32,000 bases of DNA from Candidatus Peribacter riflensis (GTDB lineage Bacteria; Patescibacteriota; Gracilibacteria; Peribacterales; Peribacteraceae), in NCBI GenBank assembly GCA_001430755.1, contig CP013062.1, positions 30,001-62,000 of the forward strand, given 5' to 3'. Under the pieces are notes generated by a model. That model did not search any database, had not been told where the DNA came from, and saw only the letters and a program-made list of their open reading frames with translations. Of the stretch, positions 23,768 through 30,635 are shown one piece after another. Position numbers and translations under genes: made by a program. The number at the start of each line of letters is the position of its first letter. The first letter of the stretch is position 1.

Positions 23768-23821
23768 CTGCCACCCGTGGGCAATACAAAACAGCGCAAT
23801 TGAGAGCCGTGTTCCGCCTGA

Positions 23822-25216
23822 TTAGAAGCTCAGCTCATCCACCAGCAGGTACTCCTCCCCCCTCTTCATCGTGTCTTCATTCCGCTTACGGTATTCCTGA
23901 ATGAAGGTGTCGGAAACCTCAAGGGAGCGGAGCAGGGGCTCGATATTCTGTGTGAATGTCGCCACTGTTGCCGGCGGCTGAACGGTGAACGAAACCGTAT
24001 CGAGTTTGGTGAGCGTGTTATCCGGTTCGAGGCGCAAGATCTGGAATGTACCGACGGCGTTACTGAGTTTCAGGCGGTGTTCATCCCACAGCGAGCGGAG
24101 CGCTTCGCGCATTTGACTGTTCTCGATCACATTGAATGAGCGGATGGTCAGATCACGTTTGAATTGCAGGGAGGTTGCCTCCAGATCTTGGAAGAGGAGG
24201 CCGAGTATGAGCAGTGCCGTCTGGCTGTCGCGTGGACCGATAATTTCTTCCAGATCTGCTACAGGGATACTGCGCTCCTGTCCCAATAGCACCGTGGAAC
24301 CGAAAGGAATGTTCCGGTCATTGTCGAAGAAGCTCTGCATGAGAATGGCCTTTCCCGTTGCAGAGTGGTAGGCGGCATCCGTAAATGTGGGTGAGAGCAT
24401 CTCGTACGTCCCGTCCGAAAGGCGGTAGAGCACTGTTCCCCAGTGGCTGCGATCCAGCACACTGAAGAGCAGTATCTGGTCGTTGACGAAGAACGGAGAG
24501 AAGTGCACCTGTTCGGGGTCGAAGGATGGAACAGCAAGCGTCATCGCCGTCCGCTGCGTGAGATGAACGACGGAAATACGGGGCAGGGCAGCGTGATCGA
24601 TGACGGCCAGAGTCGTCTCGGCCGGAGACAGCACCATGCGGCGTTGCTGCGGAACACCCAGCGCCTCGAAGAGCGGGGCGGGTTCGTACCAGTCCGCCGC
24701 TGCGGACAGGGGGATGTCTGCAATGTCGCCGCATCCGGAGAATGCAATGCGCACGCGCGGGTTCCGGCTTTCATCAGAGAGCGAGAAGGTGAAGTTGGTA
24801 TTCCGGCTTAAGAGGACGAGCGGGCTTCCACTTCCCGCAAGAGGGTCGTATGCGTACGCAGAAGCCATGTCCCGGACACGGGCATGTTGTTCCGAGGCGA
24901 TGAGGACGGCTTTTGGAGAGAGAAGGCGTGCGGGTCTGGCGATTTCCTGTGCGTCTTCGAATGGAGTGGCCGTGCGGATTGTTTTCGGCGATGACACGTC
25001 GTAGAGATCGAGTCGCGTACCCTGCCGGAAGAGCAGAGCCTGCAGTGTTGGCGTGATATCGGAAAATACGCGCACTCTGTTCTGAGGTCTCCATTCCTGG
25101 GTGAATACGTACACAGCCAAGGCGAATGCGCAGAGGAGGGGGAGCAGTACCAGCCTGTTGCGCCATGTCGGAGGGACAAGCATGCCTGAAGCCGGCGGAG
25201 TCGTCACAGGTGTCAT
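23822..25216 (-). CDS. hypothetical N-terminally anchored extracytoplasmic protein
   Basis: 464 aa with a single N-terminal TM segment (LVLLPLLCAFALAVYVF); the remainder is non-hydrophobic. Its ATG overlaps the upstream stop (ATGA, 25213-25216). No family recognised. Confidence 0.7.
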   Translation of the reverse strand: MTPVTTPPASGMLVPPTWRNRLVLLPLLCAFALAVYVFTQEWRPQNRVRVFSDITPTLQALLFRQGTRLDLYDVSSPKTIRTATPFEDAQEIARPARLLSPKAVLIASEQHARVRDMASAYAYDPLAGSGSPLVLLSRNTNFTFSLSDESRNPRVRIAFSGCGDIADIPLSAAADWYEPAPLFEALGVPQQRRMVLSPAETTLAVIDHAALPRISVVHLTQRTAMTLAVPSFDPEQVHFSPFFVNDQILLFSVLDRSHWGTVLYRLSDGTYEMLSPTFTDAAYHSATGKAILMQSFFDNDRNIPFGSTVLLGQERSIPVADLEEIIGPRDSQTALLILGLLFQDLEATSLQFKRDLTIRSFNVIENSQMREALRSLWDEHRLKLSNAVGTFQILRLEPDNTLTKLDTVSFTVQPPATVATFTQNIEPLLRSLEVSDTFIQEYRKRNEDTMKRGEEYLLVDELSF

Positions 25217-28038
25217 TGCAGAAAAGTAGCAGGATCAAGAAAGCGCACGGTGCTGCGCATGGGTGGTTGCGTCGTCTGTTTCTGCACCGGCAGCAGCAGC
25301 ACACCGTCAATGACGAGGGGGTTGCTATCATTCTTAGTCAGAAAGAGTTGATGTTTGCCCTCGAGAAGATCCATGGTTCCGAGATGCACATAGCTAAATT
25401 CATCACCCGCAGGCATGACCTGTTTCGGGATCATGGGGCTGAGTGTCTCGGGGGTCAGGGTTGTGGCGTCGACCGCCAGACGCCTGCCAAAAGGCGCACT
25501 CTCGCCGGCGACATAGTACGTGGAAGAGCTGTCGGGCGTGATGGAAATAGATGTATAGGGTCCACGGTCCACGCGTATGGCGATGCGGTGCAGCGTCGGG
25601 ACGCTGCGGAGCAAAATTTCGTACGTTCCGTTCTTGGGGGCAACGATCGGAAAACGGATCATCGTGGGTTTGATGATGCCGGCAAACGAGGTTGTCAGGG
25701 TATCGAAAGGACCTGCAATGATGACCTGGAAGATGTTGTACACAGTGCCGGTCAGAACATTCAGCATCGGGAAGACCATGTCAAAGTACTGTGAACTCTG
25801 GAGGTGGTCAGGGTTGAAAGTGAAACTGGATTGGTCGGGCCGGAAAAAGTGGTTGGGGTTTTCTTGCGCGAAGAGATCGAGCTGCGTTTTTTCCCGATCA
25901 TTCCCCAGCACTGTCAGTGTCGCGCCGCTCGATGGTGCTTTGGCGGCGCTGAGAGTCACCATGCGGTAATCCCTTGTGAAGGTCAGGATGCGTTCCTGTA
26001 AACATCGGAACGTATTCCAGTCGGTGTCTACGAGCATGGTTGGCGCTCCGGCCTGTGGGCGATCGATGAATTCGAAGAGTACGAATCCCTCATTCTCCAG
26101 GACTTTTCTGAAGAATTGCGGCATGGCCCGCGACTGGCCATCCAATGCCTGTGCGATACTCCGCAGATACCATGCACCCGGAGTCGTGGCCTGCAGCTCT
26201 TTATTGATGACGAGATAGCGGATATTCAGGTTCCGAAATACATTGATCCACCAGTGTTCATTCTGGCTCAACGACTGCAGCATGAGAAAGAACCAGTATT
26301 TGTTCTCCGAGTTGCCTGTCAGGCCGAAATAGAAGCTGGGAGCATCGAGGTAATAGATGAAGAATTTATCGATGAATTTGTACTCGTGCCCATCGGCGGT
26401 TCGGCCGATCCAGGGACCTTCGCTGGGCGGGACCACCACCACCTTCCCGCTGGGAAGAGATTTCAGAGCCTCTTTGATTTCGTGGAGCGGTTGGACATTG
26501 TAGGGGCGCAGGAACCCGCCGAAATCTCCTGTGAGCAGTGCGGAACGATTCTCCCAATGGGCGAAGAGCGGCAGGAAGAAGACGACAGCACAGATCAGGG
26601 TTCCGACATTTTTTCCCAGTCGAAATCGTTGCGTGGCACGTTGCGCACAGTGATGCTCCACAATCAGCAGACCGAGCGGCATGAGGACTGCCATAGTGGC
26701 CAGATAGATGAACAGAAATCGGTCCGGCAGGCGGAGCACGTGAATCACTTCCGTGATGATCTGCATGCCCGTTTCAGCCATCTGGTCGGGCAGCAGGTAG
26801 AGCTGGCGGTACAGAGCAGCCAGGATGATGTGGAATGTTGGGATGAGGAGGGTATCGGCGAATCCAATGCTGCACCACATGCCGAAGAGCATGAGCAGGC
26901 CGATCACGATGAGGAACGAACGCAGGCGACTGCGTTCCTGTGCCGGTATGGTTATGGAGGCCAGAAACGGGACGAGGGCGAGGAGGAAATAGAAGAGCTT
27001 GGCGAAGTGCGGTGTTGCAGTGATGTATCCTCCGCGCAGGTAATTATCGGTGACTGAACTCATGTCAAAGGTCATTTGATTGATGAGAGGCAGTGAACTT
27101 GCGCGGATGGATGCGACGGTATCGGGCACGACATCTCCCAGATTCTCAATGTCCTGCAGCACATAAAAACGAACGAACAGGCCGTAGGGCAGAGTCGTGA
27201 AAATGCCGGTGAACACGAGGGCAATCAGAATGCGCTTCCAGAGCCGTAAAGACAGTGTCCTGTGCTCATCGGTGCCGGTGGGATGTGCCGATGTGCGTCT
27301 TCCGCCCGTCACGAGGAGCAAGAAGGCGACGATGGTGCACACAAAGACGACTACAATCGGATACAGCACCTGAAAGTGCACGTCCGGATTCGCCAGTGCA
27401 ACGAGACTGGTGGCGAAGAGCATGAGTACGGGGCGCTTCGGCTCCAGAAGGAGTGCCTGAAGGAAAAGCAGGAGAGAGATGACAAAAACGTCGAATCCCA
27501 GAATGAGTGTGTAGAAGTGAGTGATCTTCGCCGGCAGGATGATCAGATGGATCAGGAGAGTCGTCATTGCCGTGGCATACAGAATGCGACGGGGAGAGGC
27601 GCTCGGCAGAAGCCTGCTCAAAAAATCACTGGCGACAAGGCACATCAGGAATGCTCCGAGGAGTGGAACGAGAATGATAGCGAAGGGCAGGATGAGGTAG
27701 TACCGCATCCATGTGGTGAGGAGCGAGTAGCGGATACGGAACTCATAGGCACCTGTCAGGTCACTGAACGCGCCGCCCGCCTGCTCGAAAAATTGTGAGG
27801 AAGGGTCAAAGAAGGGAACCAGCTCACTGGTATTCAGAACAGCGCGGCCGCTGATGAGATCGGGAAATGCGAAGACCACTCCGCGAAAAATGAAGAGGTG
27901 AATACCGAGGAAGATCAGAAACACCCACAATGCAGGTCGGCGCCACCGCGAGAAGTGCTCATCAGATTCGATTCCATCCGCCCGTGGCACAGATGCGGCT
28001 GGTGTCTGTGGGCCGGTGAGTGGCAGAGGCTCATTCAC
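25213..28038 (-). CDS. large polytopic membrane protein with ~430-aa C-terminal extracytoplasmic domain (YfhO-like GT-C architecture, unverified)
   Basis: 941 aa. GTG start overlaps the upstream stop (GTGA, 28035-28038). At least 12 hydrophobic segments lie in the first ~510 aa. Loop 1 has NTSELVPFFDPSSQFF. The C-terminal region is beta-rich. Confidence 0.75.
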   Translation of the reverse strand: MNEPLPLTGPQTPAASVPRADGIESDEHFSRWRRPALWVFLIFLGIHLFIFRGVVFAFPDLISGRAVLNTSELVPFFDPSSQFFEQAGGAFSDLTGAYEFRIRYSLLTTWMRYYLILPFAIILVPLLGAFLMCLVASDFLSRLLPSASPRRILYATAMTTLLIHLIILPAKITHFYTLILGFDVFVISLLLFLQALLLEPKRPVLMLFATSLVALANPDVHFQVLYPIVVVFVCTIVAFLLLVTGGRRTSAHPTGTDEHRTLSLRLWKRILIALVFTGIFTTLPYGLFVRFYVLQDIENLGDVVPDTVASIRASSLPLINQMTFDMSSVTDNYLRGGYITATPHFAKLFYFLLALVPFLASITIPAQERSRLRSFLIVIGLLMLFGMWCSIGFADTLLIPTFHIILAALYRQLYLLPDQMAETGMQIITEVIHVLRLPDRFLFIYLATMAVLMPLGLLIVEHHCAQRATQRFRLGKNVGTLICAVVFFLPLFAHWENRSALLTGDFGGFLRPYNVQPLHEIKEALKSLPSGKVVVVPPSEGPWIGRTADGHEYKFIDKFFIYYLDAPSFYFGLTGNSENKYWFFLMLQSLSQNEHWWINVFRNLNIRYLVINKELQATTPGAWYLRSIAQALDGQSRAMPQFFRKVLENEGFVLFEFIDRPQAGAPTMLVDTDWNTFRCLQERILTFTRDYRMVTLSAAKAPSSGATLTVLGNDREKTQLDLFAQENPNHFFRPDQSSFTFNPDHLQSSQYFDMVFPMLNVLTGTVYNIFQVIIAGPFDTLTTSFAGIIKPTMIRFPIVAPKNGTYEILLRSVPTLHRIAIRVDRGPYTSISITPDSSSTYYVAGESAPFGRRLAVDATTLTPETLSPMIPKQVMPAGDEFSYVHLGTMDLLEGKHQLFLTKNDSNPLVIDGVLLLPVQKQTTQPPMRSTVRFLDPATFLQ

Positions 28039-30470
28039 GAGAGCGTTGGGTGGCGGAAGGGATCGTGCACATCATCAGCCGACGGCGATGCATACTCGGG
28101 AATATATTGTCCGGTACATTCCTCCGCAATGTGCCGCAGGAGTTGCGCATTGATCGCCGCGCGTGCAGAGAGTTTTTCCGCCTGTGCGCGCAAATGCTCG
28201 CGGAGTTCCGGCAGGCGGGATTCCATGTGCCGGTGCAGTGCGAGGAGCTTTTCGGCGGAGAAGGAGGCATCCAGCGGGATGCCCCATTCCGCACAGTCAA
28301 TCTCTTCCAAAAACTTGCGCACCTTCACGTCGTAGATGAGCGCGATGAACGGCACGTGATACAGACAGGCGAGGATGAGCGAATGCAGGCGCATGCCCCA
28401 CACAGAACCGAGCGAGCGATACGTCTGTTCCACGGTTGCAAGATCCAGATGATCTTCGATGGAACAGCGTTGTCGTTCGCGGATATGATCCAGGATCTCG
28501 CCGCTCGTGATGATGTCATGATGTGCCTGTCCGCTTTTCTGAAAGGGCAAGAAAACAATCTTCGTCTCGGTGTTCTGGTGCAGGACGGATTCCGCAGCGG
28601 ATCCGAGTGCGCAGATGATGGCGGGATAGGCATCAGCATGGTCAATCTGGAAAACGGGTGCGATGCCCACCAGGGGATGATCCGGTGCGGTCATTGCCAC
28701 AGCGCTCCCGGTCTTTTGGCTGAGGAAAGCAAGATCCGCGCTCTCAGAGAGATGCGCATGGGGAGCGAGCTCCGTCGCCACTCTGGCGCTCTCCCGGTCG
28801 CGGAATGTGCATTGATCGGCGAGTCTGAGAATTGTTGCAGTGAGAAAGCGTGCACGTCGTGTGGAGAGATCGCCGATCCCGACACCCAGCAAGTACACTT
28901 TCTTTCTCAGCAGCTTCGCCGCGAGGACGAGGGCCGCCTCCCGCAGGAGGAGGGAGTGCCGGCTCAATCCCATTGTTTGCTTGAGTAATTTGAACTGGTC
29001 TCCGCCCCCCACGAGGATGGTGTGTGCGCGGAAGAAAGCCCCGAGCAGGGCAAAGCTCAAATGGCTGGGCACCGAACGTATGCAATGCGTCTGTACAGTG
29101 GCAGATGGATGTGCCGAGGCAACGACGCACAATGAACGTGGAAGGCGTTCCAGACACGATGCCAGGAGGAGCTCGTCGCCGAGGTTGTACTGCCCGTAAG
29201 CGCCGAGCATGAGAATCTGCGCAGTGTGGATATTCTGGAGCGTCCGATACTGTGCGAGTGTTCTCTGCCCGACGGAAGGCCAGAGGCGTTCCTTGCGCCA
29301 TGTATCGATTTGTTCAACGATCTGCGCCCGGCGCTCAGGAGATTCCGCAAAGGCGGTGAGGGCGGAGTGGAGTGAGTGCTTCTGGAGTGAGAAGATGACT
29401 GCCGGGTTGGAGATGCAGGAGGCAAAGGCCTCAGAGAGAAGAATGGGAACACGGAACCCGATACTCTTGGCAATCGCCGCGCTGCCGCCGTTGAATATCC
29501 GGTAGGGCGCGATGATGCAATCAACAGTGTGATAGAACGTCATTGCACGGTCCGGCGACAGAAAGCCTGTCCAGATGATTCTGCCGTTTCCTTCGCGCTC
29601 TGTACGTGCCCGGAGTGCATCCAGAGCAGATGTGACAGCCTGATGGTGCAGGTGATAGGGGTTGCGTGTGCCTGCGATGATCAGTACATCGCGGGTGTGT
29701 GTTTTCGCATAGGCCAGGAATTCGTCGATGAGAGTGTCGATTCCCTTAGAGAGATCGAAGTACGAGAAAAATCCGTACACGATTCCTGCATCCTGCGGCG
29801 CACCGAATTCCGCCAATGCCGCCGCTCTGTCGAAGTGGGGCGACCCTGCATGATCGTCTGCTCCATGCGGGATCACGACGATGGTACTGTCCTTCAACCC
29901 ATACTCTTGCGAGAGGATCATGCGATCGCACGACTCATGGACGATGAGAGAAGATGCCATCCATCCCATGAGCCTGTAGAAGACTGCAAAGCCCCAGCGG
30001 ATGAAGACAGGGGGGAGACGGGAAGCGAAAATCGCAGTGAACGCCGTAGTGATGCGGCGAGGGTCTACAACATGGTGCAGTGTCGCTACAGGATGTGTCC
30101 ACAACCGCAGCCATCCGAGGAGGAAGGGAAACGCATACAGACTGAGCGGTCCGCCGTAGTGATAGGTTTCGTGCTGAAAATGAACGACGTCGCAGTTACT
30201 CCAGCGTACGCGCCAGGCGAGCGACAGCAGACTGAGTAGATTGCGCTTGAGCAGGGGACGGATGGTCAGAGCCCCCGACTCAACGGCGCTGGCCAATGAA
30301 GGACGCAGGATGAGGGGCCGGCCCGCCTGCGAAGTGATGATTTGAATATGGAGAGAGGGATCCTGCTTGAGCATCGCTTCGATGAGGCTCAGGTTATATT
30401 GAGCGAGGTTATAGCCGCACTCACGCGCGTCCGCAGTTTTCGGGCAATGGAAGATGGAAGTGATGTGCAT
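28035..30470 (-). CDS. fusion protein: N-terminal GT4-type (GT-B) glycosyltransferase plus C-terminal polysaccharide pyruvyl transferase (CsaB/WcaK-like)
   Basis: 811 aa. Residues 1-400 carry VVIPHGADD, LIIAGT and GGSAAIAKSIGFRVPILLSE (Glycos_transf_1-like). From about aa 417 (nt ~29222 downward) come ILMLGAYGQYNLGDELLL, ILVGGGDQF and MRLHSLILACLYHVPFIALIYDVKVRKF (PS_pyruv_trans-like). Confidence 0.75.
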   Translation of the reverse strand: MHITSIFHCPKTADARECGYNLAQYNLSLIEAMLKQDPSLHIQIITSQAGRPLILRPSLASAVESGALTIRPLLKRNLLSLLSLAWRVRWSNCDVVHFQHETYHYGGPLSLYAFPFLLGWLRLWTHPVATLHHVVDPRRITTAFTAIFASRLPPVFIRWGFAVFYRLMGWMASSLIVHESCDRMILSQEYGLKDSTIVVIPHGADDHAGSPHFDRAAALAEFGAPQDAGIVYGFFSYFDLSKGIDTLIDEFLAYAKTHTRDVLIIAGTRNPYHLHHQAVTSALDALRARTEREGNGRIIWTGFLSPDRAMTFYHTVDCIIAPYRIFNGGSAAIAKSIGFRVPILLSEAFASCISNPAVIFSLQKHSLHSALTAFAESPERRAQIVEQIDTWRKERLWPSVGQRTLAQYRTLQNIHTAQILMLGAYGQYNLGDELLLASCLERLPRSLCVVASAHPSATVQTHCIRSVPSHLSFALLGAFFRAHTILVGGGDQFKLLKQTMGLSRHSLLLREAALVLAAKLLRKKVYLLGVGIGDLSTRRARFLTATILRLADQCTFRDRESARVATELAPHAHLSESADLAFLSQKTGSAVAMTAPDHPLVGIAPVFQIDHADAYPAIICALGSAAESVLHQNTETKIVFLPFQKSGQAHHDIITSGEILDHIRERQRCSIEDHLDLATVEQTYRSLGSVWGMRLHSLILACLYHVPFIALIYDVKVRKFLEEIDCAEWGIPLDASFSAEKLLALHRHMESRLPELREHLRAQAEKLSARAAINAQLLRHIAEECTGQYIPEYASPSADDVHDPFRHPTLS

Positions 30471-30480
30471 GTTTCATAAG

Positions 30481-30489
30481 ATTATAGCA
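30481..30489 (-). promoter_or_regulatory. consensus extended -10 TGcTATAAT, 10 nt upstream of the operon ATG 30470
   Basis: Minus strand reads gTGCTATAATcttatgaaacATG. The predicted +1 is near 30474, giving a leader of about 4 nt with no Shine-Dalgarno. Confidence 0.45.
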
Positions 30490-30635
30490 CAATTTTTATG
30501 TCAGCGCATTGCCTGTGCAGTAGGGAAGAAACGAACACAGTAGTCTGTCAATATTTGTGTTTCGACGGCTGGTTCCATCATACGGCACCGATCGAAATGT
30601 TGGCTTCAGTAAGCCATTTCAGAGCTCTTCATGCG

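Noticed and set aside
23221-23799. 192-aa ORF on the - strand
   Set aside because: It reads through tRNA-Leu, both 50-bp repeats and the GIY-YIG gene in another frame. It has no coding features.
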